Part shown: positions 33,504 to 44,132 of the stretch, piece by piece
Position numbering within the stretch: the stretch's first letter is position 1
Layout of the letters: the number at the start of each line of letters is the position of its first letter
NCBI GenBank assembly: GCA_977017575.1
Contig: CDRNVI010000011.1
Span: forward strand, 62,001-126,000
Direction of reading: 5' to 3'
DNA: 64,000 bases
Origin: Paramoeba atlantica
Lineage: Eukaryota; Protista; Discosea
Translations under genes and position numbers: made by a program
Notes under the pieces: model-generated
What the model was told of the DNA's origin: nothing
The model's input: only the letters and a program-made list of their open reading frames with translations
Databases searched by the model: none

Positions 33504-34274
33504 ATGCTCCTACCGAGGCGAATTCTGTGCTATAATGTAAAAAATGTACGAATTCCAACTAATGTGCCCTCTGTATCAGATGGAGTATTCTCGCAGAGTA
33601 TTCGAGAGTACTGCGCACCGAAGAGAAAACCTGTAAAAGGGAACAAGCAAGAACTTGCGACTACGTGTGTGGTACATGGCATAATACGACCGATAAGTGA
33701 GCTGCAACAGCTCAAAAAATCGACAGTGGACAGCTTTTTGCAAAATTACACAGTTCGCTCAGCGAATCTTGCTAATATTGCACTGTACCGATGCACGTCA
33801 AATTTTCGATGTAAGAGTGAGGCTATGGAAGATGCTGCAGCGTTTAAAAATAAGTCAGATAATGGGCAATTCACCGCAGAGCTTGATACCGCAGAGCCTA
33901 CAGTGCTATGTTCCCAACACAACATGAAAAGGTGGAAACGTCGTATGGTGTATGACACGGATAATGACAAATGGATTTGTCCCGCAAAGGAACCGTGCAC
34001 TTGTCCCTCCGATTCTGACATAGATAAACGACTGCGCAGGCTTGAACGTTACCGCACGGACCCGGCCTACGCTCGCTGTTTCAAACACTATGCGTATCAC
34101 TTAAAAGAGTACGTCGTGGACGGATGCTGTTTGCCTCAGTACCCGTGTGTTAGTGCCACGCGAAAAGTATGTTCCGTCCACAATAAGTCACGGTCCGTCC
34201 AAAAGCTCTACCAAACTGAAGACGAAGAGTGGAAATGCCGGCAAGGCGTTGAATGCAAATCTGTGGATACGTAA
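33504..34274 (+). CDS. protein with four C-x2-H...C-x5-C putative zinc fingers
   Basis: CVVH...CTSNFRC, CSQH...WICPAKEPC, CFKH...CLPQYPC and CSVH...WKCRQGVEC. Confidence 0.65.
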   Translation: MLLPRRILCYNVKNVRIPTNVPSVSDGVFSQSIREYCAPKRKPVKGNKQELATTCVVHGIIRPISELQQLKKSTVDSFLQNYTVRSANLANIALYRCTSNFRCKSEAMEDAAAFKNKSDNGQFTAELDTAEPTVLCSQHNMKRWKRRMVYDTDNDKWICPAKEPCTCPSDSDIDKRLRRLERYRTDPAYARCFKHYAYHLKEYVVDGCCLPQYPCVSATRKVCSVHNKSRSVQKLYQTEDEEWKCRQGVECKSVDT

Positions 34275-34540
34275 AAAGCATGATACACAGTAACGTACAT
34301 AATACACTGTACGTCGTGCACAGAATCGATTTACACTTTTTGATTTCTTTTTCCTTTTATTTCAAGTTTTTTTGGCTGGTGATCAGTTTTGCCCTTCTCT
34401 TGTAGAGATAAGAAATTTCACCATCACTCCTTATGTTTCTTAGTCTCGATTTGTTTTCTTAAAAGTTGTCCTTTCGTACGAAGATTATCAAACAAAACGC
34501 GCTCGGCTTTCTACGGAATGACACGACTCCGATTGATGTG

Positions 34541-35371
34541 ATGACTGGACTACCCGTCGCTCCGTTCTCCATTTGTCAAATTTTACTTCTCTACGCTAAA
34601 GCATATGGAGGGCAATATCTCTCTACACCCTACTTTATTACGGAATATGCCGTCCGTCACTTGAAATTAGCAGTGAAAATGATTGTATTGCCTTTTGGCA
34701 AACAAACGAACATGGCAACGGGTGCTCTTATGTTAGAGAAGGGTTATATTCTCCCTCCTATACCCACACCCTACTACCCCATTATGTTTCGAGTTCAAGA
34801 TCTGCAACTTAGTGATATAAAAACGCTATTTATCAACGGAGGAAGGCCGCGCCATTGGAAACATTTTCATGTTAACGCACTGATTCGAGGGCTAGAGTCA
34901 TCAAGATGGCATTCAATCCGCAAGCAAAGTAGTCTTCTTCGAGGTGGTTCTCGGTGCTGGGTAGATGAGCAATCGCTGATCAGTATGCAAATTCAAGTAC
35001 CATGTCACTCGCGCGGGGTATACATTCCCTCTTCTCATACCTGTTCATGGTATCACATTAGTCAGACGGATTTTGAAGATAAATTCGGTCTACCTTTTAT
35101 TGAGGAACAGCGGAAAGCGCACGAGCTAGCCGGTTCTAAGAAATATCTGCCACAGATTCGTCCGCTGTTAACGTCCGGGGTGTCCACTGAGAATAGCGTA
35201 AAAGTAAACGACAAAGGCGAAGATGTACCTTCAAGTTTAGACCATAAACTAGTACAAGAACACGACATTTCATTTGAGGGAACACATCACACTCGTGTCG
35301 AAGGCGTACGTGACAGTTCCGATCATCCCGATATTCCTTGGTGGATCGAGAAGCGTTTGTGGTGGTTCTAG
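34541..35371 (+). CDS. Tc38/p38-like protein with ArdC-N-like ssDNA-binding repeats (tentative)
   Basis: LLLYAKAYGGQYLSTPYFITEYAVRHLKLAVK and SRCWVDEQSL...WYHISQT resemble the ArdC-N pattern. Start uncertain. Confidence 0.45.
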   Translation: MTGLPVAPFSICQILLLYAKAYGGQYLSTPYFITEYAVRHLKLAVKMIVLPFGKQTNMATGALMLEKGYILPPIPTPYYPIMFRVQDLQLSDIKTLFINGGRPRHWKHFHVNALIRGLESSRWHSIRKQSSLLRGGSRCWVDEQSLISMQIQVPCHSRGVYIPSSHTCSWYHISQTDFEDKFGLPFIEEQRKAHELAGSKKYLPQIRPLLTSGVSTENSVKVNDKGEDVPSSLDHKLVQEHDISFEGTHHTRVEGVRDSSDHPDIPWWIEKRLWWF

Positions 35372-35643
35372 TAGACGAATTCATCATCTTAATGTCTTCT
35401 TTTCCTACGTAGAATCTGGCCTTCTTTCCTACATAGAAAAAATATCTGTTAGACGAGCTTCCGATACGTAGATTAATTAGGAATCTAGATTGTACTAATA
35501 TTGATATCATTAACATTAGTGATACCATAAGCTAGTTTTGCGGATTTTTCTTGCAGTTTTTCTTGCTTTAATTTTAATTTTGCTTTTGCGGTCCATTGTG
35601 ACAAATGCATATCATATTCTTTCAGGAGTCGTAGACATACAAC

Positions 35644-35728
35644 TGTACACAGTGTACGTGTAGCGTAGTAACTGTACGTGTAGCGTACACGTAGTAACTA
35701 CTACGTGTAGCGTAGTAACTGTACAGTA
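35644..35728 (+). repeat. degenerate short tandem repeat (TACGTGTAGCGTAGTAACTG-like)
   Basis: Three imperfect copies of TACGTGTAGCGTA with GTAACT linkers. Confidence 0.6.
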
Positions 35729-35853
35729 CTTACAGGAGTGCGTCAAAGAGTCCTTCATACAATGTATAAATTTATTTTTAATCCCAAGCAAGTATTAAGT
35801 ATAGGATTGTGTGCAGTATTGCGCTGCGGTTTCATTAACTATAACTTCTTTTC

Positions 35854-36432
35854 ATGGCGGACAACCACACCCCAGAAGGCTGTTCGCGGCCAAGCAAGGT
35901 ACGTGGCGCATATCTTCCGGTGGAATACGACCTAGAGCAACTCGTCCGTCGTATTGATAATCCGAATCCAACTTGGTGTGCAGCCGTTCCTTTAAAAAAC
36001 TGGAATGGAATTATACTGGACTCTGAGGGGCGGGTGACAAAAATCCATTGGGGTGCAAGATTTCTCAAGGGAAAAATATGTTGGCAACACCTTCCCTCGA
36101 CCGTAGTACTCTTTTCCTTGCAAAGCAATGAACTATCGGGGACTGTAGGTTGGGAATACCTTCCTGAAATACTTCAAGTGTTCAATTTATCGCACAACAA
36201 GTTTACCGGTAAGGTGCTGTTGGATTCACTCCCTCTCACACTGACGGAGCTTTACCTTGAACATAATAGTTTTGAAGGTATTGTGGACTTTTTGGCGTTA
36301 CGTGAAGGAATTATTGTTCTATCTCTATCCAACAATCCGTATCTGAGTGGCCAAACTTACGTTAGTAAACGACCGAAATCATTGGGGTTTCTTGAAATTT
36401 TCGATACCGATATTCTGGAAATTCATGAGTGA
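35854..36432 (+). CDS. leucine-rich repeat protein (same family)
   Basis: WCAAVPLKNWNGI cap and LPxxL LRRs. Confidence 0.88.
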   Translation: MADNHTPEGCSRPSKVRGAYLPVEYDLEQLVRRIDNPNPTWCAAVPLKNWNGIILDSEGRVTKIHWGARFLKGKICWQHLPSTVVLFSLQSNELSGTVGWEYLPEILQVFNLSHNKFTGKVLLDSLPLTLTELYLEHNSFEGIVDFLALREGIIVLSLSNNPYLSGQTYVSKRPKSLGFLEIFDTDILEIHE

Positions 36433-36906
36433 GCTTATTTCTATACGAAGTACACATTACTAGCGCTATTCACTACTACGCTCTGTGCAATTTTGAATGT
36501 CACGCGGACAAGGTAATTCGGAGACTTTTTTTTGGTTATAATAACCCGTACAAAAAATATAGATTACGTCGACTCTAGCGACTCTATAATTATGAGTAAT
36601 TATAAATTAGTTACTAACCGTTAATTATTAATGGTGCAAATAGTAAAAGACAGCAGAAAACCCTTTTTCTCTACTTTTTTTGTATTTTAAACGCCTTCAA
36701 ATTGGAATGTTAAACTGTGTCGTTGCTTCTTAAACTAGTTTTCTTTAGAAACGAACTTGAGCGCAGAGCGTTATCGGGTCTAAATGACCAGTCTATCTTG
36801 TCTATTGTAGAACATGTCCATTGCAATATACATGTAGCTCACGTGTAGTATTACATGCACTCTTCGTAATGTTTTTCTACAAAACAACTTCTTTTTATTT
36901 CCTTTT

Positions 36907-38625
36907 ATGCAGTCCACTACGCCTCAAATTCTGACGCATGTTCAAGCTTTCACCAATTTTAGACGAGAAGTTGTAAGCCACTTCCATCGAGTTTTGAATC
37001 CAATGGGATATATTGTTGAAAATTCTGACATTTACAAAAAATACTTCGACGTAGTTAACGTCGCACTAAAAGATTTCATGCCCGAAACTAGTATGCTGAG
37101 TAGTTTTGCGAATCCGACACAAGGTGTGGTTTGCAATTTCAGTGATACGAATCAAGCAGCGGTCTCCCGCCATCTTGAACTGGCACACTTTCTCCCTCTT
37201 TGCGAGGGCCTATTTGACTTAGGATGCAGTCCACCTCGTCTGAGGGACTTTTTAGAATACGTTATTTGTGTAAGTAAGTCGGTCAGTGTTGATAGCTTAT
37301 CTCTTTGCGCACTTAAGGGACTTCTTGCGCTAGGAAGCACTAAAGTCCAAGAAGTGCTCCTTCATGAAGTTATTAGGAGGAGGGATGATGACGAGCTAAC
37401 TCTACGTGAAATATCTAGTGCTCTTTATATATTGACGTATTGCATCTTACAGGAACGAGGCGTTACACATAGTGTTCTGCCTCTATTGAGTTTGCCACAT
37501 CCTACCTTTGATATCATGCGAAAAGCTGATGAGAACAACGCAGATGGTATTAGTGCAGAAAAAAGAAGCTCGGGCCAAATGTATAACCTTAAAAAACATT
37601 CATTGGAGTCACAAAACTTCGTAAAAATTGACAACTGTATATTGCTGTCACATCACAAATACTATGCAAGTAGGTACATGACACTCTCTAGAGTTTTGCC
37701 TGCGAGTTCTGAGAAATATATGCTTGACTCCAGAGATGTATTGATTGCTATATGGTCTATTGGTATGGGGCAAGATACTCCACTAGAAGCTTCATGGGTC
37801 GAAATCTTAGAGGATCAATGTCGAGTTCACAGAAAAATGTTTCGGGCCGAACACATTGCCTCGATTGCGAGGGCACTTTACCTGACTTGGAAATCAAGGA
37901 GCGCAAATGTGAAGTCTTTTGCAGCTGTTTGGGGAGAGCTAGTATCTAGTCGCTTGTTTACTCAGACCAATCATTTGCTTAGTGCTCAAGATTTGTTTAT
38001 CTGTGCTATAACTACCGAAATGGCTCTTCGCTCGAAAGACACAAAGAGGAGCTCTAAGGAATTGCTTAGTGCCGCTCTTGTTCCAATGTTGACTAGACTT
38101 TGTGAATTAGAAGAGGGGTACGACATCATAAAAATTTGTTTGATGGCACTTGGAAATGAGGAATATTATCCTAAACTGATTCCTTCCATATTGAGACATC
38201 TTTGCCTTCTTGCTTCTCGTAGTCAACAAACTCTAACTTCCTCGACAGCCCGGAGGCTTCTTCATGTAAGCTTTTTGCGTAACTTGCCAATCCCATTCGC
38301 TCTAATTTCACGTTGTTACGAAGTACTTTCTTATCTCCAAAGAAAGGAAAATGCCTTTCCCCTCTTGTACCTGATGTTGCTGTCGTCACCTGTGGATCAG
38401 GATACGCATTTTATTTTTGAACAGTGTATTGCGGATTTAGGCTCTTCTACCGCACTGATTGATCACTTGGCTAATCTAAACGAAAGTCGTCAGCGTGAGT
38501 TTTGTGAAAATATTCTTGTCTACATTGAAATGCTTTCGAATTCGAATCAGTATACCGCCTTTGAAGAAGGAATTAGAAAATGGATACATCAAAAGGTGCG
38601 ACAAAATAAGACGCCGTCGAAATAA
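36907..38625 (+). CDS. hypothetical alpha-helical protein (572 aa)
   Basis: Long ATG ORF on the coding strand; no motif recognised. Confidence 0.7.
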   Translation: MQSTTPQILTHVQAFTNFRREVVSHFHRVLNPMGYIVENSDIYKKYFDVVNVALKDFMPETSMLSSFANPTQGVVCNFSDTNQAAVSRHLELAHFLPLCEGLFDLGCSPPRLRDFLEYVICVSKSVSVDSLSLCALKGLLALGSTKVQEVLLHEVIRRRDDDELTLREISSALYILTYCILQERGVTHSVLPLLSLPHPTFDIMRKADENNADGISAEKRSSGQMYNLKKHSLESQNFVKIDNCILLSHHKYYASRYMTLSRVLPASSEKYMLDSRDVLIAIWSIGMGQDTPLEASWVEILEDQCRVHRKMFRAEHIASIARALYLTWKSRSANVKSFAAVWGELVSSRLFTQTNHLLSAQDLFICAITTEMALRSKDTKRSSKELLSAALVPMLTRLCELEEGYDIIKICLMALGNEEYYPKLIPSILRHLCLLASRSQQTLTSSTARRLLHVSFLRNLPIPFALISRCYEVLSYLQRKENAFPLLYLMLLSSPVDQDTHFIFEQCIADLGSSTALIDHLANLNESRQREFCENILVYIEMLSNSNQYTAFEEGIRKWIHQKVRQNKTPSK

Positions 38626-39209
38626 CGTTTGAGATGAAAAATTAAAACGTTGGATGTTAGAAACTAAAACATTTAGTTTTAGTACTAGTACAGCACCCCA
38701 CTAGTTAGTTGTCGCTACCTTCGGAAAAGGTGACACCCTAGCTGTAACGAGGGTAATGGAGAAGAGATTCAGGGGGTCAATCTGATTCATCTGTGAAGTA
38801 AGATGTGTCCGAAAGTGATGGCGATGGTGATAGTGATGAGTTACGACTCCTGCTCTCCAATCTCGTGCGCACAGCATGACGCACAACCGCTGACTTTCAT
38901 GCAAAAATGAAAACGGTATAAGGTTTGTCATTCGAAAAAGATCAGAAAAGTTATTACGAGACATCAGAAGTTCAAGGGTCGCCCGAGGGGATTAAAGCAG
39001 TATAATAATGCAATATAACGGTAAAAAATGATACAACTAGAGGGAGCACAGTATTTTTTAATTTTTTATACCTTTTGATATTTGAGGAAATGTAATGATA
39101 CATGGAAATGTATTAAGGGTACGTGCGTTGCTGAGTAGGTATTAAAGTACGAATATACGATAGATACGTAATCACTTTCTACTTGGTTGCGCAGAAACTT
39201 ACGTCAGCA

Positions 39210-40412
39210 ATGATTTCTTGCACTCGTTGCATGAGTTATAGTAGAACGCGATTCGTATACTCTAGTCTGTTCGGGGGTTATCAGCGACCAACATCTAAGT
39301 CGAGTGATATCGAAAAGAATTCCAACAAATTAGAGGAGGTCCCTTCAATACTAAAGAGGGATTTAACTGATCAAGTTCCTGTGCCTGACTCCTATAATAA
39401 CGCTGGAACCGACTATAACGTACGCGAACTTAGAAAATGCATTCCTATACCAACGACTGCACCAAATGGTCCTGATTTACCTATTTTTACATCAGAAAAA
39501 CACTTAGCAGAGCGTGAGCAAAATAGTACTGTGACATCCTTTCCTTTTTCCTCGCATGGTTCTACGCACTCACAAGTTTCTGCGTTTCCTGGTAATCAAA
39601 CTCCATTTTTGATGGCCGACCAATCACTTGCGCCATCACCTTTCACTGCTACCTCTTTCAGTAGAAGGCATTCGCCCCCGAAAAGCGTCCCCCCACCCCT
39701 TCATTTTGTGAGCGAAAATACAGAACCCTCGACCACATTTGGTGCACCGCTGGGGAAATCACCTGTAGACGATCAATGCTCTGTCGATGACACACCAGAA
39801 TGCTCCAATGATGGGAGTGAAAAACCTTTAACAATATTGTCCGACATCAGGAAAAAAGTTAAGAGAAGAAAAGCTTCTGAAAAACAAGTTTTTGCGAAGC
39901 GTATCAACGATGGGATAATGAAAGAGATCATGAAGCAGTTTCGTTTGCATGATAACGGGGAAAAGATAGTTCCTCTTCACCTCACTGAAATTAATGCTGC
40001 GTTAAGCGACGAAGTGAGAGAGCATCTTGCCATGAAAGGTGGGTTGCTGAGGTTTATGAAAGATCGCCGAGCGTTTTTTAGACTGAAAAAAATGCAGAAA
40101 CAAGGGGGCTACTACATAACAACTCACGTTCACATAAGAGAAAGATTTGCTGGCAACTTAAAACGTACAAACAAAGTATCAATATTTAGTTCTATTCCAG
40201 GATTGCCTGATCAAGACGTTGATGAAGAGGACAAGAGCTCGTCTGCAGCTGAGAAAGTTCCTTTTGTGGTTGACGAGAAAATCGTGCAGGCTAGGGCAAG
40301 CCTACGCCCATGGGAAGATCCCACAATAGTGCAACGTCATCCGGGTACATCAAGGGTAGAAAGAATGACGCCAATCCCCAATGATAAAGCGAATTATTTT
40401 TCTAGATCGTAA
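39210..40412 (+). CDS. hypothetical protein with a possible C-terminal winged-helix (LOTUS/OST-like) domain
   Basis: Disordered Ser/Pro-rich middle region. LTEINAALSDEVREHL..KGGLLRFMKDRRAFF resembles a winged-helix RNA-binding module. Confidence 0.5.
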   Translation: MISCTRCMSYSRTRFVYSSLFGGYQRPTSKSSDIEKNSNKLEEVPSILKRDLTDQVPVPDSYNNAGTDYNVRELRKCIPIPTTAPNGPDLPIFTSEKHLAEREQNSTVTSFPFSSHGSTHSQVSAFPGNQTPFLMADQSLAPSPFTATSFSRRHSPPKSVPPPLHFVSENTEPSTTFGAPLGKSPVDDQCSVDDTPECSNDGSEKPLTILSDIRKKVKRRKASEKQVFAKRINDGIMKEIMKQFRLHDNGEKIVPLHLTEINAALSDEVREHLAMKGGLLRFMKDRRAFFRLKKMQKQGGYYITTHVHIRERFAGNLKRTNKVSIFSSIPGLPDQDVDEEDKSSSAAEKVPFVVDEKIVQARASLRPWEDPTIVQRHPGTSRVERMTPIPNDKANYFSRS

Positions 40413-40580
40413 AATGCAAACATCATTGATATACATTAATTCATGTAATAATTCTAAAATGAACATTTTGCGCTAATCATAAGAATTTTATCACTCGTGA
40501 TTGTGAATAAAGTTACGCCTCGATAAAACCTCCTTTTTTATCAAGTGTAACTTCTTTCATCCCTTTGATATCTCCCACCC

Positions 40581-42503
40581 ATGTTCCTTGCCGCTACCCC
40601 ACGCCTCGCCGCGCTTATCCCACGTGAGGCATGGGACCCGGCACATCACAACCCCAAGTGGATCGACTCCTACGCAACCGCCGTCACGGAGCGCCGTGAG
40701 TGGCCCTCCCGGCCCTGGCTCGTTGGGCTGAACCCTAAAACCCCTCGGGAGTTCCTCGCCCACTCCTTGCGAAATCTCACTTACGAGTACAACGCGGCGT
40801 TGCGTTCCTGTAGCAATTTTCCTGATATGATTCCGTTTTATAAGGAAATGTTTGCTCGAGGAGTGAAGGTGGATGTCGACACGATGTACGTGATGCTCTC
40901 CAGGGCCGCGAGGCATGAGGCGGTCTCCACGCAGGAGTTGTTCGCGCTGTGGGATGAGATGAAAAGCGCGGGGGCTCGTCCGGATCAAGCCACCACGGAG
41001 GTGCTTCACACGGTGTGGGATATGTTGCCGGCCACGTCCGAGACCCCGGAGATTGGGGTGTTTCGTGAGATCCGTCGAACGGAGTTGGTGGCGACGTACA
41101 ACCAGCTATGCTTGCAAGAAACGCATCGGTATGGTCAAAAGGCGTTGTATGCGCTTATGCAGCAATGCTTTTACCGGTTCCGTGAAAATGTGAAGGGGCT
41201 ACGTGGGATACTGGATACTGAATGTTACGCGGCGTATGTGTCCTATATTATCAGCGATACCCGGTTACGAAATACGCTGACATTTGCGTCAAGAGTACCG
41301 AAATCGGAAACATCTTTCTTAGAGAGCATAGCCACTTTCTTGACCGCAGAGGGTACCTTACTGGCAATGCGCTATGATATTCAGACTGTGCTGGAGGCTG
41401 ATCATTTTCACCTAGAGATCGACCGCGGTGCAGGAAGAAAGGAAAACTATCTCTACTCACTGAAGCGAATTTTCGAAAAGCAAAAAAGCGAGGGACAGAC
41501 CACACTGGAGGTCGGCGTTGCTCAAGTATATCTTACTGCATTACGCAGTGCTATAGAGCGCTATGGCTCCAACGAGCCCGAAAACCAGGCTCGGGTGCTT
41601 TTCTTTTGCAGACTCATACAAATGGATGTGGAGTATAACATGCTCTACAGTGGCAGTACCGAAATTTGGGAAAGTCTGCTGGAGGTGTATCGATACTATG
41701 GTCGCGCTCTGGCATCACGTGCGGTACTACGCCAAAGTTGGAATCTTTCTCGGTGCACGCGGGACCTATTGGCACACTACGTAGCCACAGTTGATCCGTG
41801 GGATGAACGGAAAAAATTTGGACTTATGGATCCTGTCGAGGGTCAACAGGCAACCTTTCCGAACCGGGCGGTCGCCAGACCAAGGACCGACATAAGCAAA
41901 GGTAAATCTCCCGCATCTATTTTACTTCTCGATTCGGCGTCACAGGAGCCTGAGACCAGCCATGCATCGTCAAAGACGGGTAGCACGGAGAACGTGGACT
42001 CACGATTTTCTCCACAAGAGCTACGCGCCCGTTACCAAGAAATTTTGGAGTTTGGCATGAGAAATTCACGGAACATTCTTCCGGGTGACGATCATTACGG
42101 AGTCTTTCGAGTTGTAGTCTCTCTACTTTGGTTTCTCCGAAACGCCCTCTTGGCCATCCCTTCTACTGTTGAGGTTAAGCCTCTTTACAGTGCCGCTGGC
42201 GAAATTCTGCTTGATATACACAATCTAAGAGACGCACTTTTACTAAATGAGGGAGAGTACAATCCTCGAAGGAGAACAACTAACAAAACAGGGAGTAATG
42301 ATAATTTTTCTTCACTTACCGTGTCTGACCTGCCTGGTGATATAGCGGGTGACTACGCAGACATGTTCTTCTCACTTTTCGAATTAATTGCCCTTCGGCT
42401 GGGCTCTGATGACATTAAATCACTTTTGGAACTCCGGGTTCGAATGCTCGATGAGTGTCGCAATGACCCACGTCTTCTGCTAGCTTGGGCAGAGGAAGCT
42501 TAA
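40581..42503 (+). CDS. PPR-containing mitochondrial protein
   Basis: Two PPR-like motifs (FYKEMFARGVKVDVDTMYVML; LWDEMKSAGARPDQATTEVL). Confidence 0.65.
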   Translation: MFLAATPRLAALIPREAWDPAHHNPKWIDSYATAVTERREWPSRPWLVGLNPKTPREFLAHSLRNLTYEYNAALRSCSNFPDMIPFYKEMFARGVKVDVDTMYVMLSRAARHEAVSTQELFALWDEMKSAGARPDQATTEVLHTVWDMLPATSETPEIGVFREIRRTELVATYNQLCLQETHRYGQKALYALMQQCFYRFRENVKGLRGILDTECYAAYVSYIISDTRLRNTLTFASRVPKSETSFLESIATFLTAEGTLLAMRYDIQTVLEADHFHLEIDRGAGRKENYLYSLKRIFEKQKSEGQTTLEVGVAQVYLTALRSAIERYGSNEPENQARVLFFCRLIQMDVEYNMLYSGSTEIWESLLEVYRYYGRALASRAVLRQSWNLSRCTRDLLAHYVATVDPWDERKKFGLMDPVEGQQATFPNRAVARPRTDISKGKSPASILLLDSASQEPETSHASSKTGSTENVDSRFSPQELRARYQEILEFGMRNSRNILPGDDHYGVFRVVVSLLWFLRNALLAIPSTVEVKPLYSAAGEILLDIHNLRDALLLNEGEYNPRRRTTNKTGSNDNFSSLTVSDLPGDIAGDYADMFFSLFELIALRLGSDDIKSLLELRVRMLDECRNDPRLLLAWAEEA

Positions 42504-42850
42504 TGCCAGAAAGTGACAATTTTTTTCGTACTTGGCCAAATCTGTTGGTCAAATCTCTCTTACTTGGGGTATGCTTTTTTTCTCTTTTCTCCCTTTGACC
42601 TTTATTTCGCCTATAATAAAAACGGAGTTTTATGTCTGGTTTTAAAGAGACGCTTTTATTTCTCTGGAACACTACCCAAATGATGAAACGTTTTGAGCGT
42701 AATATTAATAATTTGCTTTCCATAGGAACAGCCAGAAAACAATGACCTGGAAAAATTGTCTCCAGAATTCTTAAGACTCGAACACATTCTGTTCTTTCGA
42801 AAGTCGATTTCGCATCGCTCGTCCATCATTGCCCGTCCTCATTTCGCACC

Positions 42851-43867
42851 ATGAGCTCAGCCTCTCGCTGTCTTCCCTACTCGAATCCGTTACGACCCTG
42901 GCTCTGGCATAAATGCCTCGCCGGGGTTGCACTTGCGGTGCCTCTCTCCGTCCTCTACTCCTACGCCACCGCAAGCTACACCCGCCCCCCCGACAGCGTT
43001 GCCTCCCCTCTTATGGTCTCCTTTTTGTACTCCCTCCCCCTGAACGCACTCAGTCGCGCCTTCGGAAACATCGCCTCCAGCGAGTACCTCCCCGTTTGGG
43101 TCCATCAACGTGCGATTCGAACCTTTATTTACCTCTACGGGATTGACTTCCCGGAGGAAGGCCTCACCTCCTATCGCACATTGCAACAATTTTTTACCCG
43201 AGAACACTCGACTCGCCGTGTGGTGTCGCATTTGCTAACCGACACCGTCGCCACCTCGCCCTGCGATGGTGAGCTCGTACGTGTTATTCCCATCCCTGAA
43301 ACCACCGAGAGCGCTGATGTGATGATTGAGCAAGTCAAAGGGTGTTCCTTTCGGCTATCTAACTTTCTACAACGCGAGGTGTTGCGTTGTCGAGAGAGTG
43401 AGCGACGCGTGTGTTTAGTGTTTCATTTGAGACCAGGGGATTATCATCGTTTTCACGCCCCTGTGGATTTTAATATCATGCATAGTGTTCACATTCCCGG
43501 GGCGTTACTTCCTGTGACATCGACTGCGCTACGTTGGCTTCCACGATTGCTTGTGTCCAATGAGCGTGTGGTGCTACAAGGGGAGAAATGTTCTTTAGTT
43601 GCTGTTGGGGCTACCAATGTGGGTAGTGTGCGACTTGACTACGACCAGCGAGTTAAAACGAATCGATTTGATGTTCGCACCCATGCGGTACATTATGACT
43701 ACAACATTGGGTATCATGCCAGGCAAGGCGAGTGTCTGGGGCATTTTGCTTTCGGGTCCTGTGTTGTGCTTCTCCTTGACATTCCCAAAGAGCTCCCGAT
43801 GCTCGTCAAGGAAGGGCAGGAGGTGTGTGTTGGAATGCCCCTTTTTGGTAAAAATATTGAGGAGTAG
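42851..43867 (+). CDS. PSD: phosphatidylserine decarboxylase proenzyme
   Basis: FFTR, SPCDG, HLRPGDYHRFHAP, NERV, VGATNVGS and the FGS autocleavage motif. Confidence 0.93.
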   Translation: MSSASRCLPYSNPLRPWLWHKCLAGVALAVPLSVLYSYATASYTRPPDSVASPLMVSFLYSLPLNALSRAFGNIASSEYLPVWVHQRAIRTFIYLYGIDFPEEGLTSYRTLQQFFTREHSTRRVVSHLLTDTVATSPCDGELVRVIPIPETTESADVMIEQVKGCSFRLSNFLQREVLRCRESERRVCLVFHLRPGDYHRFHAPVDFNIMHSVHIPGALLPVTSTALRWLPRLLVSNERVVLQGEKCSLVAVGATNVGSVRLDYDQRVKTNRFDVRTHAVHYDYNIGYHARQGECLGHFAFGSCVVLLLDIPKELPMLVKEGQEVCVGMPLFGKNIEE

Positions 43868-44132
43868 GGATGGCAGAAAAAATATATTATTGCGGAGCGT
43901 ATCGATAACGTGTAAGATATCGTGTAAGATGATCTCAAAGTGCGATTTTGTGTTTCATCGTAAATACTCCAAAGACGTTCACCGGGAGCTCATCCCGAAT
44001 TGACCTTGAGGGCTGAGAATATAGTGAACGTTTCTTGACTTGTGGAAGGCGTACTCTATTCGATAGAATTTATTCTACTTTATTTGCTATCCTTGTTTCA
44101 GTTATTTTTCCTCTATTTTCCGTGATCACTTT

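Noticed and set aside
42680-42745. C/D snoRNA at ATGATGA 42680
   Set aside because: No CTGA box D at a suitable distance and no recognisable guide.
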